Assembly: GCA_964446485.1 (NCBI GenBank)
Contig: CAYUOU010000008.1
Coordinates: 2,262-66,261, forward strand
DNA from: an uncultured Desulfobacterales bacterium
Lineage (GTDB): Bacteria > Desulfobacterota > Desulfobacteria > Desulfobacterales > JBDRRP01
DNA: 64,000 nt
Direction of reading: 5' to 3'
This document shows, one piece after another, positions 36,874-46,382 of this stretch. The position numbers were made by a program, and so were the translations under genes. Each line of letters starts with the position of its first letter. Within the stretch, counting starts at the first letter, position 1. The notes beneath the pieces are model-generated. The model was not told where the DNA came from and searched no databases. It saw only the letters and a list, made by a program, of their open reading frames with translations.

Positions 36874-38085
36874 ATGTTCGACTACCAGCAGTCCGGTCGT
36901 TATTTTGTGCAGTGGGCGCAGGGCTTCGACGAGATGGCCATCGATGAAATGACCGGTCTCGGCGCCGGCGATGTCACGCCGGCGTATCGGGGGGCGCACT
37001 TTTCAGCCGACCCGGCGACCCTGTACGGGCTGGTCTACCGGTCCCGCCTGGTGATGCGGGTGCTGGCGCCGCTGGCCGCTTTCGACTGTCGAAACCGAGA
37101 TGACCTCTACCGCGGCGGGCGCGCCGTCGACTGGGGCGGGCTGTTTTGCGCAGGACATACCTTTGCCATTGTGGCCAATGTGTTCGGCAATACCAACCTC
37201 CGGCATTCGCAGTTTGCGGCCATGGTGCTGAAGGATGCCATCGCCGATGCATTCCGAAGCCGCATTGGGGCGCGGCCGTCAGTGGACCGTGCCGACCCCG
37301 ATCTCTGGCTCAATTTGCACATCAATGGCCCCCGCGCCACCATCAGCCTGGATGTTTCTGGCGGATCCCTTCACCGCCGGGGGTATCGTCAGCAGACCGT
37401 GGCCGCCCCCATGCAGGAAACGCTGGCCGCAGCCATGGTGGCGCTTTCGCAATGGCAGGGGGATCGACCGCTGGTCGACCCCATGTGTGGTTCGGGAACC
37501 CTGCTCTGCGAAGCCCTCATGGCGTATTGCCGGATTCCTGCCGGCTATTTGCGGCAAGGATTCGGCTGCGGCCGTCTTCCAGATTTTGACGATGGCTTGT
37601 GGCGGCAGGTGAAGCAGAAGGCCGATGCCGCCATTCGCCCGCTGCCGGCGGGGCTCGTCGCGGGGTGGGATGTGGACCCGGCTGCCGTCAAGGCGTCGGC
37701 CGCCAATTGCCGGCTGCTCCCGGGTGGGGACAAGGTCGCGCTACATTGCGGCGACTGCCTGGAGCACAAAGGGTTCCCCGATCATGCAATCGTCACCAAC
37801 CCGCCCTATGGTGTGCGGTTGGGCCGTAACGATGACCTGGCCCGGTTTTATAGGCAGTTGGGCGATTTCTTTAAACGGCGGTGCGCCGGTTCCCGTGCCG
37901 CGCTGTTTTTTGGCGACAAAACAATGCTCAAATGCATCGGTCTCAAGCCGTCATGGAAAAGAGCGCTGAAAAATGCGGCGATGGATGGGTGCGTGGCGGG
38001 ATTTGATCTCTTCAAGGGTTATCGTCAACCGGAAAAAGGCCTGCGCCGCGGTGGAAAAAAGAAGCCCCCGCAGCGTCGGGCTTGA
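36874..38085 (+). CDS. THUMP-domain class I SAM-dependent RNA methyltransferase (RlmL/RlmK-like)
   Basis: 403 aa from the ATG at 36874, with DPMCGSGTLLCEA SAM motif and NPPYGVRLG catalytic motif. Confidence 0.88.
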   Translation: MFDYQQSGRYFVQWAQGFDEMAIDEMTGLGAGDVTPAYRGAHFSADPATLYGLVYRSRLVMRVLAPLAAFDCRNRDDLYRGGRAVDWGGLFCAGHTFAIVANVFGNTNLRHSQFAAMVLKDAIADAFRSRIGARPSVDRADPDLWLNLHINGPRATISLDVSGGSLHRRGYRQQTVAAPMQETLAAAMVALSQWQGDRPLVDPMCGSGTLLCEALMAYCRIPAGYLRQGFGCGRLPDFDDGLWRQVKQKADAAIRPLPAGLVAGWDVDPAAVKASAANCRLLPGGDKVALHCGDCLEHKGFPDHAIVTNPPYGVRLGRNDDLARFYRQLGDFFKRRCAGSRAALFFGDKTMLKCIGLKPSWKRALKNAAMDGCVAGFDLFKGYRQPEKGLRRGGKKKPPQRRA

Positions 38086-38253
38086 CAATATTGGAAGGTT
38101 CCGGTTATTCGACGCGCTTTGTCGATCACCGAAAACGATGTCGTGATCCGCGAGCCACGGCATTAACACACACCGCTTCTCTTCGGCGTCGCAATGACAC
38201 GGGCGCCGTAACCCACACCAAGGGGCGAAGCCAACAAAAAAAGGAGATATCCC

Positions 38254-38757
38254 ATGGTCAAACTGGAAACCAGCATGGGGGACATTGTTTTGGAACTCAA
38301 CGAGGAAAAGGCACCCAAGACGGCCGCCAATTTTTTGTCCTACGTCAACAACGGCCACTATGACGGCACGATTTTTCACCGGGTCATCGACGGTTTCATG
38401 GTCCAGGGCGGCGGCATGGATGCAGACATGAAGGAGAAGGCCACGGGCGCGCCCGTCGAGAACGAGGCGGACAACGGTCTCACCAATGACGCCTACACGG
38501 TGGCCATGGCCCGCACCATGGACCCCCACAGCGCCACGGCCCAGTTTTTCATCAACGTGAAAAACAACGCCTTTCTCAACCACACCGGGAAAAACCCGCA
38601 GGGATGGGGGTATGCCGTTTTCGGCAAGGTCGTCAAAGGCCACGGCGTCGTCAACAAGATGAAGGCCATCGCCACTAGCCGTACCGGCGTGCATGACGAC
38701 GTGCCCAAGGATCCCATCGTCATCGAAAAGGCCACGGTCGTCGACACTGCCGAGTAG
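38254..38757 (+). CDS. ppiB: peptidyl-prolyl cis-trans isomerase (cyclophilin type)
   Basis: 167 aa, FHRVIDGFMVQGGG and the full cyclophilin fold. AAGGAG RBS. Confidence 0.96.
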   Translation: MVKLETSMGDIVLELNEEKAPKTAANFLSYVNNGHYDGTIFHRVIDGFMVQGGGMDADMKEKATGAPVENEADNGLTNDAYTVAMARTMDPHSATAQFFINVKNNAFLNHTGKNPQGWGYAVFGKVVKGHGVVNKMKAIATSRTGVHDDVPKDPIVIEKATVVDTAE

Positions 38758-38811
38758 TTTCGACCATCTCCAATGATGCCCGCAGCAGCATTTCCGCGTC
38801 CGGGGGTCTCA

Positions 38812-38991
38812 TCAGACGTCCTCCCCCAGGGCCCTGAGTTTTTTCACCACGGCCTCCCGGGCCGCCTCCAGATCGAACAGCGCCATCATGATGGGCGGCT
38901 TTACCGAGTGCGCCGGCATTCGGGCTTCGGTGTCTTTGATGTCGGCGTCGATTCTCGCCAGTTCTTTACGCAGGCTGTCAATGGTTTCCAT
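38812..38991 (-). CDS. small conserved hypothetical protein
   Basis: 59 aa from the ATG at 38991, METIDSLRKELARIDADIKDTEARMPAHSVKPPIMMAL... The helical PAHSVKP motif is recalled from small proteins of anaerobes. Confidence 0.5.
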   Translation of the reverse strand: METIDSLRKELARIDADIKDTEARMPAHSVKPPIMMALFDLEAAREAVVKKLRALGEDV

Positions 38992-39070
38992 GGCGTCCGT
39001 TCTCAATGGCGGGGTGAGCGGGTACGATGTCTTAATCGTTTCAACCCCATGAGCATCCTTGTGGCTTGAT

Positions 39071-39883
39071 CTATTCCGGAACCGATAGCGGGCAGTTGAC
39101 GCCGGCGCCAGTGGCGAGGGTGTTGTCTGTCGGCGCCGTCAAGCGTTCCTCGTGCCTGACATGCGCATCGACATGGGGGGCGATTCTACCCCGGACCATG
39201 TCGGCGGTGTCTTCCACCGAAAGATCCTTGAAGGCGTCGTAGGGGATTTCCTCCAAAACGGTGAGGCTGATCCGGTGCCGGCCGTGGAAGTTGAGGCTTT
39301 TTTTGGGCAGTGCCTTGTGCGTGCCGTTGATGGCCAGGGCAAGAATGGGGGTCTTCATTTTATGGGCGGTGGCGAAAGCGCCCGGCTTGAAACTTCTCAG
39401 CACGCCGGTCTTTGAACGCGTTCCCTCGGGAAAGAACCAGACGGAACATCCCTGACGAATGGCGTCTTCGCAGGCGGTGAGCATTTTCGATACGCTTTCT
39501 TTGTCGCCCCGTTTCAATGGAATGTATCGGTTCAGTCGCATGTTCCAGCCGATCAGGGGTACTCTGAACATCTCGATTTTCGAGACCCATTTGAAAGGGT
39601 AGAATAGATGAAACGCCACCAGGATGTCTAGGCCTGACTGGTGGTTGGAGACGATGACATAGGGACCCCTGCCGAGCTTTTCCCGACCGAGGACCCGGAC
39701 GGACCAGGCTGGCGTGGTCCACAGATAAAAGCACGCCCAAAAGGACGTGAACCGGTGTAAAATGGCCAGGCGCCGGTCAAAGGGTCCCGTGACGACGCGA
39801 ATAACCACTGCCACCAGGAAAAAGACCACGCTGGTTACGGCAATATTGGTTAGGATGAGGGCCGCGACGAGTCGGTTTTGCAT
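39071..39883 (-). CDS. plsC: 1-acyl-sn-glycerol-3-phosphate acyltransferase
   Basis: 270 aa with an N-terminal TM, the NHQSGLD acyltransferase motif and FPEGTRS. Confidence 0.9.
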   Translation of the reverse strand: MQNRLVAALILTNIAVTSVVFFLVAVVIRVVTGPFDRRLAILHRFTSFWACFYLWTTPAWSVRVLGREKLGRGPYVIVSNHQSGLDILVAFHLFYPFKWVSKIEMFRVPLIGWNMRLNRYIPLKRGDKESVSKMLTACEDAIRQGCSVWFFPEGTRSKTGVLRSFKPGAFATAHKMKTPILALAINGTHKALPKKSLNFHGRHRISLTVLEEIPYDAFKDLSVEDTADMVRGRIAPHVDAHVRHEERLTAPTDNTLATGAGVNCPLSVPE

Positions 39884-40028
39884 GGAAGATTTTTAGGGCA
39901 TCAACCGTTGCCTGTCAATTGGCAAAGGGGTCAAGTCTGCCCTTGACGCCTTACTGTTGTCCCTCGGGGGATCCTCTTTGATTCTTGTCCGGCTGAGGTA
40001 ACGCCTGCATGGGGCGTGTTTCATCGCA

Positions 40029-40943
40029 TCATGGCAGATGTTTTTGAAGGAATGATTCCATGGCGCGGATCAGAGATTCCGGGGGCGGTCCGGCGTCGGC
40101 GTTTGGATCGGTTCTTTGATGCCGATTGTGGAAGGCGATTTTGACCCCGGGCGCGCCGTGGACTTCAGGGTGCCCATAGATTTCGCTGCCGTCGCCCATC
40201 TCCCAAAAATGGGCCGGAAGCAGCGGCGGGGTAAAAGACCTTCGAGACCCGTCGATCTGAATCCAGAACTGGTAGACGCGTCGGGGCGAGAGGGGAACGC
40301 CCGCGCCGTCAAGGAGCTTGGCCGCCCAGGCGCCGGGGGTGACCACCAGGCGGTCTGCGGTGAAATCCCCGGCGGCGGTGTGGACCCGCACCCTTCGCGA
40401 GGGGTTCTCCACGGACCACGACTGCACCGGCGTCCCGGTGATGAGTGTGGCGCCGCGTGCCCGGGCTGCTTCGAGATGTTCACGAATGCAAATCTCCGGG
40501 TACAGCACCCCCGCCGTTGGTTCGAAGAGCGCGGCCTGGCCGGCGTGCATTGCCAACGCCGGGAACCGGCCCTTTATCTCATCGATATCCAACATCTCAT
40601 GGGCGAGGTGGTGCTTTTCGGCGCTCCGCCTGGCGCCGGACACGGCGGGACCGTCCGGGCGGCCGATGGTCAGCCCACCGGTGGTGGTGAGGAGCCGTTT
40701 TCCGCTGATTGTCTCCAATTCACGCCAGAGGTGGTGGGCGCGCTTCACCAGGGGGACGTAGCCGCTGCCTTCCGCATAGGCAAAGCGAATGGTCCGGGTA
40801 TGGCCGTGGCTTGAGCCGAGTGCATGGGGCGGGGCGAGGCGGTCCAGCCCAAGTACCGCCACCCGCTGCCTGGCCAGGTGAAAAACCGTGGCGCTGCCCA
40901 TGGCCCCGAGGCCGGCAACGATGACATCCCAATGCCGTTTCAT
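40029..40943 (-). pseudogene. sarcosine/N-methyltryptophan oxidase (SolA/MSOX)-like FAD oxidoreductase, C-terminally truncated
   Basis: WDVIVAGLGAMGSA dinucleotide fold. It aligns with MSOX up to about residue 304 and then stops. The last ~80 aa, including the flavinylation Cys and GHGFKF, are absent, and downstream frames show no remnant. Confidence 0.6.
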
Positions 40944-41073
40944 GGATAAGAAATTACCTTTTCAAACACTGTCGATCACATCGTGCATCACCGAAAGGTA
41001 CGGGTGCCTGCAGTATGCACGGCGCGGCCAGCGGGTGCAACCATCATCGATCGCCATGATGCAACAGACGGCA

Positions 41074-41099
41074 AGCTCCGATCCGGGCGGATCGGAGCT
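41074..41099 (-). terminator. hairpin downstream of the ABM-domain gene
   Basis: Perfect 11 bp stem AGCTCCGATCC / GGATCGGAGCT with a 4 nt loop. Only a weak U-tract follows on the minus strand. Confidence 0.5.
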
Positions 41100-41147
41100 G
41101 TGGCTGCCCGGTTCTCCCGAGCAGCTTCATCCAGGGGTGTTTCCCGA

Positions 41148-41447
41148 TCAATGCGGGTAAAGGCCCAGCTCGTAAATTTCGTAAGTGGTTTCACCATCCA
41201 GGTATACACTGATCTTCTCGTCGATGTCCCTCCGCGCTTCGCTGTTCTTCCAGACGTTCCACTCCTTCATGGTTCGCCAGTTGGATGCCACCACCACGAG
41301 GTAGGGGTCTTTGGCATCCCACAGCGTCTCTGAAGAAATGTAGCCGTCCTGATTCATGGCGCCGTAACGGTGTTTCTTGATCATTTCGCTGATTTCGGTG
41401 AAGAATTTTTCCTTGAACCGCCTTTTGATAAGAACCTTGACTGCCAT
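41148..41447 (-). CDS. antibiotic-biosynthesis-monooxygenase (ABM)-like domain protein
   Basis: 99 aa from the ATG at 41447 with AAAGGAGGG RBS. Size and the ferredoxin-like beta-alpha-beta pattern fit ABM/DUF-type proteins. Confidence 0.65.
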   Translation of the reverse strand: MAVKVLIKRRFKEKFFTEISEMIKKHRYGAMNQDGYISSETLWDAKDPYLVVVASNWRTMKEWNVWKNSEARRDIDEKISVYLDGETTYEIYELGLYPH

Positions 41448-41761
41448 GATGCCCTCCTTTCGTGCCATGTTGGCCCAAACCCTCGGGCTAAAGCCGAACA
41501 GAGCAAGCTGTCGGCGACCAATGGTCAAAGATTATGGGGCGACGTGAACGCCGTTTTTAGCATACCGGGTGGCGATGGTGTCTCGGCGGGGCGCGAGGAG
41601 GGTTGGGCTCAAATCGATGAGGAGGTCAGATGGCGGTGGTTTAGGCGGTGTTGAATCGATCCATTGCGTCATAGCGCGGTCATGGTATCGCGTCCCACTG
41701 AACAAATTGTATCGTCGTTACGCGCGCTTGTCAATTTGGCATCGACGCCTGAAATATAACC

Positions 41762-41820
41762 TTGACATCCGGGTACGCGCCTCGGATGATGCTTTTTCGA
41801 TGCCGAAAGGCATCAGCATC
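41762..41820 (+). promoter_or_regulatory. candidate promoter plus 5' leader hairpin upstream of metF
   Basis: TTGACA (41762-67), 17 nt spacer, GATGAT (41785-90). A hairpin follows: GATGCC-GAAA-GGCATC (41799-41814, GNRA loop), extended by GATGC/GCATC (41788-92 / 41816-20). Confidence 0.4.
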
Positions 41821-41877
41821 CTACGATGCGTTGTCTTTTGCCCGAACGCTTCGCTCACCTTACCAGGACGCCTCGCC

Positions 41878-43428
41878 ATGCTGCGCGTATTTCAAAACGA
41901 CATCCTGGACCCGGAGCAATTCGTCGTGACGCTGGAGCTGGTGCCGGGACGGGAGTCCACCGGCCGTGTTGTGGACACCGTGATGGGTGTTGCCACTGAC
42001 GCCTTTTCCGACGGTCGGGTGTCCGCGGTGTCCATGACGGACAATCCCGGCGGCAATCCGTCTCTAAGCCCGGATGCCATCGGCCATCGAATATTTTCCA
42101 TCGGCATGGACGTCATCGTGCATTTCACCTGCCGCGACATGAACCGGGCGGGGATGGAAAGCCGGGCCCTTCAGCTGGCCATGATGGGGATGAAGAATAT
42201 TCTGGCGCTGACCGGAGACTACGCGGGGCAGGGTTTCGGCGGGCAGGGTGCCCCGGTGTTTGACCTTGATTCCGTGACGGTTCAGATTATGCTGGAACTC
42301 ATCAGCGGGCGGATCAAGGCCGCCGGTGACCCCGACGGCTTTTTCACCGGTTGCGCCGTTTCCCCCTTCAAGCGCACCGAGGGGGAAACCTTTGCCCAGT
42401 ACGCCAAGCTGAGCCGCAAGGTGGCGGCGGGCGCCAAGTTTGTCATCACGCAGCTTGGCTATGACGCCGGCAAATTCCATGAACTCATGGGCATTCAGGC
42501 CCGGATGGGCATCGACGTGCCGACCCTGGGGTCCGTTTACCTGCTCACCCCCGGTGCGGCGCGCATGATGAATCTGGGGCGCGTGCCGGGCGCGGTGGTT
42601 TCCGACAAACTCCTTCACACCGTTGAAAAGGAGTGGGCGGATAAAAAGGCGGGAAGGGACGCGGCCGTAGAACGAGCGGCACGGCTGGGCGCCGTTCTCC
42701 GGGGGCTGGGATATCGGGGGATCCACATCGGGGGCGTTCATAAACAGTTTGATACGGTTGGACGCATCCTGGATCGCATGGAAGTGATCAAGAACGACTG
42801 GCGGCACTTCATTCCCTTTTTCAACAACCCGCAGCCCGGTGGGTTTTACGCTTTTCGTGAACCGCCCCCGGCAGCGGTGACCACGACCCGGTTCGGAGAG
42901 TGTCGGCCAACACTTTCAGGGGCAGATCGTGCACTGTATGCCTTTCTGGCCGGATCGCACCGGATCTTCTTCAATTTTGATGCGCCCTTTGCACCGGTGT
43001 TTCGCGCCTTGTGTGCCCGATTGACCAATGGATTCTGGGGGCGGTTGTTTTTTCACTTGGCCGAGCACCCCGTCAAGCGATTGTTGCTGGGCTGCCGACA
43101 GTGCGGCGACTGCGCCATCCAGCACGTGGGGTTTCTCTGCCCTGAGTCCGGGTGCCCCAAACACACACGAAACGGCGCCTGCGGCGGGAGCAGAGACAGC
43201 ATGTGCGAAGTGAACCCGGATCGGCCCTGTGTGTGGTTTCGGGCCCACAACCGGTGGGCGGCGGAAGGAAAAGCGAAGGAGATGTGCAATGGGTGTGTGC
43301 CGCCGCGCATGTGGGAGCTCGACCGCACCAGTTCGTGGATCAACTTTCATCTGCGCCGGGACCATCACAGCGCCGGCTCTGAAATTGCCCACTTCTGCCG
43401 GGAGACGACGTGCCGCCTCATCGCGTAA
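41878..43428 (+). CDS. metF: methylenetetrahydrofolate reductase fused to a MetV-like C-terminal zinc-ribbon/Cys domain
   Basis: 516 aa from the ATG at 41878, with a MetF TIM-barrel region (VVTLELVPGR...HFTCRDMN...LALTGDY). The C-terminal GCRQCGDCAI...CPESGCPKHTRNGACGGS matches the MTHFR_C (MetV) pattern. Confidence 0.85.
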   Translation: MLRVFQNDILDPEQFVVTLELVPGRESTGRVVDTVMGVATDAFSDGRVSAVSMTDNPGGNPSLSPDAIGHRIFSIGMDVIVHFTCRDMNRAGMESRALQLAMMGMKNILALTGDYAGQGFGGQGAPVFDLDSVTVQIMLELISGRIKAAGDPDGFFTGCAVSPFKRTEGETFAQYAKLSRKVAAGAKFVITQLGYDAGKFHELMGIQARMGIDVPTLGSVYLLTPGAARMMNLGRVPGAVVSDKLLHTVEKEWADKKAGRDAAVERAARLGAVLRGLGYRGIHIGGVHKQFDTVGRILDRMEVIKNDWRHFIPFFNNPQPGGFYAFREPPPAAVTTTRFGECRPTLSGADRALYAFLAGSHRIFFNFDAPFAPVFRALCARLTNGFWGRLFFHLAEHPVKRLLLGCRQCGDCAIQHVGFLCPESGCPKHTRNGACGGSRDSMCEVNPDRPCVWFRAHNRWAAEGKAKEMCNGCVPPRMWELDRTSSWINFHLRRDHHSAGSEIAHFCRETTCRLIA

Positions 43429-43479
43429 GAAAAGAAAAGGGCAGACGCACCCTTTCAGACCCCTTCAGGAGCAACGGCA

Positions 43480-44388
43480 ATGGGAAAAACGGTTACCGCG
43501 GGCTGGATCACGCAGGCCATTGAGGCATTTATCGCCACGGCGCCCGAGAACACCATGGACACCGGTGATGGTGAGCCGGCGTGGGACTCGGCCCTGGTGG
43601 GTTTTGCTTCCGGCGCCGATCAGATTTGGCAGCAGTACAAGGAATATGTCGGCGCCTTTCATTGGACGCCCTGGGAGGTTTTCAACCAGCACCGGCCGGA
43701 GAGCAATGCCAGTGCGGACCAATTGACCGTCATTTCCTGGGTCCTCCCCCAGCGAGAGGCCGTGCGACAGGCCAACCGCCGATCACGCAAGTACCCCGCC
43801 GAAGCGTGGGCGCGGATCAGGGTTTACGGTGAAGCATTCAACGCCGCACTGCGGCAGCACGTGGTGACATGTTTGTCGCAGACCGGACACGCCGCGGTCG
43901 CCCCGATGCTGACACCCAACTGGACCATCGTCCAATCGAGGCGATTCTCTTATGCGTCTTCCTGGTCGGAACGCCATGCCGCCTATGCCGCCGGCCTGGG
44001 GACCTTCGGCCTCTGTGATGGACTCATCACGGCCAGGGGCAAAGCCATGCGAACCGGATCGGTGGTCGCCAAATTGGCCATCGCCCCCACCCCGCGACCT
44101 TATACCGATCACCACGCCTACTGCCTATATTATACCAACGGAAACTGCGGAAAATGCATTGACCGCTGTCCCGTTCGCGCCATCTCCGGCGCCGGGCACG
44201 ACAAGGAGAAGTGCCGGCAGCATTTGGCCCGCTCAAGCGCATATGTGAAGCGAGCCTATCGGTTCGAGGGATACGGGTGCGGTCTATGCCAGGTGGGCGT
44301 TCCCTGCGAGGCGGGCATACCGGTCAAGGCCGCGAGGGAAGCGCTGGAACGCGGTGAATTGCCGCCACCCCCGCCGCCGCTGGCTTGA
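43480..44388 (+). CDS. QueG/reductive-dehalogenase-like Fe-S protein (epoxyqueuosine-reductase family)
   Basis: 302 aa, WSERHAAYAAGLGTFG..., with two Cys clusters: NGNCGKCIDRCPVRAI and GYGCGLCQVGVPC. Confidence 0.7.
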   Translation: MGKTVTAGWITQAIEAFIATAPENTMDTGDGEPAWDSALVGFASGADQIWQQYKEYVGAFHWTPWEVFNQHRPESNASADQLTVISWVLPQREAVRQANRRSRKYPAEAWARIRVYGEAFNAALRQHVVTCLSQTGHAAVAPMLTPNWTIVQSRRFSYASSWSERHAAYAAGLGTFGLCDGLITARGKAMRTGSVVAKLAIAPTPRPYTDHHAYCLYYTNGNCGKCIDRCPVRAISGAGHDKEKCRQHLARSSAYVKRAYRFEGYGCGLCQVGVPCEAGIPVKAAREALERGELPPPPPPLA

Positions 44389-44404
44389 CCCCGTTTTACC
44401 CCCC

Positions 44405-46108
44405 CTACAGGTGGTACATGGTCTTTTTCCGCCAGAGGGTCACGCGGGAAATGCCCAGGGCCTTGGCGGCCGCGGTCTGGTTGCCGTCGTGCTCGTCCAA
44501 CGCGTCGGCAATGGCCCGACGTTCCTTGGCCAGCTTTCGTTCGCGACCGGATGGGAGCGGCCCTGCGGGGCCATGATCGACCGGCGATGATGCGGCTTCT
44601 GGAACGATGACGTTGAGCGGAAAGCAATCGGGGAAGATTTCGGACCCCGTACTCATGGCGAGGGCATGCTCGATGGCATTTTCCAGTTCACGGATGTTGC
44701 CGGGCCAGTGATAGCGGTGCAGCATTTGCTGACTGGCGAGATTGAGTTTCTTGGGATGTCTGGGGTCTTTTTTCTGGTGTTTGCGGATGAAATGATTGGC
44801 CAAGGTGAAGATATCTTGTGACCGATCCCTCAGGGGGGGGATCGTCAGGGGGATTACCGCCACCCGGTAGTAAAGGTCCAGGCGAAAGGCGCCTTGCCGC
44901 GCCACAGCCGGCAGGTCGTGGTTGGTGGCGCAGATGATGCGAACGTCTACCGGATAGGAGCGGTCCGATCCCACCGGCCGAACCTCCCGCTCCTGAAGTG
45001 CGCGCAACAGCTTGACTTGCATGGCCTTGTCCAGTTCACCAATTTCATCCAGAAACAGCGTGCCCTCCTGGGCTTCCCGGAAAAGCCCGGCCCGATCGGA
45101 AATGGCCCCGGTAAACGCGCCTTTCACGTGCCCGAACAATTCTGACTCTATGAGTGCCTCCGGCAGCGCGCCGCAATTGACGGAAACAAATGGGTTTTCC
45201 TTACGGTGGCTTTGGGCGTGAATCGCCCGGGCCGCCACCTCTTTGCCCACACCGGTCTCCCCCATGATCAAAACGCTCGAATCCACTTCCGCACACCGGA
45301 GAATCGTTTCGAAAACCAGTTGCATCCTTTTGCCGGAGCCGATCATCTCTGTCTGCAATGCGTTGCGCCGCAGTTGCCGCCGGAAGTGGAACAGCTCCCG
45401 CTCCCGTTCGGCCAAGCGGATGTTATCGGTGATGTCGGTGAGGGTTTCGGCGTGGGCAAACAAACGCCCCGTGTGGTCGTAGATCGGACGGATTTCTCCC
45501 ACGAACTGGCGATTCTGGCCCGCCACCGTCAATTCCAGCTTGACCGGGCCTACGGTATCAAGGGGCAGCATGGGCGTTTCACGGCTTGTATGCAGGGCCG
45601 TGCTTTCGGCGTTGCCAAACATGAAGCACCCCCGATCATCGAAGATGGATACGCCGTCCCGGATGCCGAAAAGAATGCTTTGAAGCATTTTCTTTTCCTT
45701 CTCCAGGTCATCGCGGATCCGTTTTTGTTCGCTCACATCCACGAGCAGTACGTTGGCCGAGGCCGGCCGCCCCTCGGTGGTGTGATTGATGGACAGGTGA
45801 AAGAGCACCGGAATTTTTTCCATGTGTTGGCGACCGTACACATAGAGCTCAAATTGAAGGGACTCCGCTTCGCCGTTGATGAGACGCATGACGATCTTTT
45901 CTACCTTGATGCGCTCTTCTCCACTGATCAGCGTGAGCATGTTCTTGCCGATCATGTTGTCTCGCTTGGCACCGGTAAGTTTCAGAAAGGTCTCGTTGAC
46001 ATCCTGCAGGATGAAATCGAGATCTACCAGCCAGTAGCTGATTTTCAGGTAATCCAGGATGCGCTTCAGGTTGTCGTTTTCGGCCGGCGACAGAGGGTGT
46101 CGTTTCAT
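44405..46108 (-). CDS. sigma54-dependent transcriptional activator (PAS-PAS-AAA+-Fis HTH)
   Basis: 567 aa with GETGVGKE Walker A, the GAFTGA sigma54-contact loop, and a C-terminal HTH ([18 protein letters not shown]). Confidence 0.95.
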   Translation of the reverse strand: MKRHPLSPAENDNLKRILDYLKISYWLVDLDFILQDVNETFLKLTGAKRDNMIGKNMLTLISGEERIKVEKIVMRLINGEAESLQFELYVYGRQHMEKIPVLFHLSINHTTEGRPASANVLLVDVSEQKRIRDDLEKEKKMLQSILFGIRDGVSIFDDRGCFMFGNAESTALHTSRETPMLPLDTVGPVKLELTVAGQNRQFVGEIRPIYDHTGRLFAHAETLTDITDNIRLAERERELFHFRRQLRRNALQTEMIGSGKRMQLVFETILRCAEVDSSVLIMGETGVGKEVAARAIHAQSHRKENPFVSVNCGALPEALIESELFGHVKGAFTGAISDRAGLFREAQEGTLFLDEIGELDKAMQVKLLRALQEREVRPVGSDRSYPVDVRIICATNHDLPAVARQGAFRLDLYYRVAVIPLTIPPLRDRSQDIFTLANHFIRKHQKKDPRHPKKLNLASQQMLHRYHWPGNIRELENAIEHALAMSTGSEIFPDCFPLNVIVPEAASSPVDHGPAGPLPSGRERKLAKERRAIADALDEHDGNQTAAAKALGISRVTLWRKKTMYHL

Positions 46109-46130
46109 GAAGACGCCTTGATGTTTTCCG

Positions 46131-46180
46131 AATTCGTTTCAACGATGTTGCAACATTGTTCACACTATTTGAAACAATTC
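46131..46180. promoter_or_regulatory. nested palindromes, candidate enhancer (UAS) for the sigma54 activator
   Basis: AACGATGTTGCAACATTGTT (46141-46160) has the perfect 12 bp core ATGTTGCAACAT. It is flanked by GAATTCGTTTCAA (46130-46142) and TTGAAACAATTC (46169-46180). Confidence 0.5.
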
Positions 46181-46250
46181 GAGTTGTCAATAAATCCAGA
46201 CCATCAGAATAATAATGTAAAATCAATAAGGTGAGCGCCCGCAGAACAAC

Positions 46251-46266
46251 TGGCACCATTCTTGTT
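46251..46266 (+). promoter_or_regulatory. candidate sigma54 (-24/-12) promoter of the carboxylase operon
   Basis: TGGCAC (46251-56), N5, TTGT (46262-65). The consensus is TGGCAC-N5-TTGC. It lies ~115 nt upstream of the first gene and ~100 nt downstream of the palindromes. Confidence 0.55.
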
Positions 46267-46382
46267 GCGTTTGCCCACTGCGCCGGCCTCTGTCGCCGAC
46301 ATCGCCTGTCAGATAGCCCTCCACCAACAGGAACCATGCACATCCCCCTTGCCGGAGATGCAGCAGGAGAGGATTCACCGGA

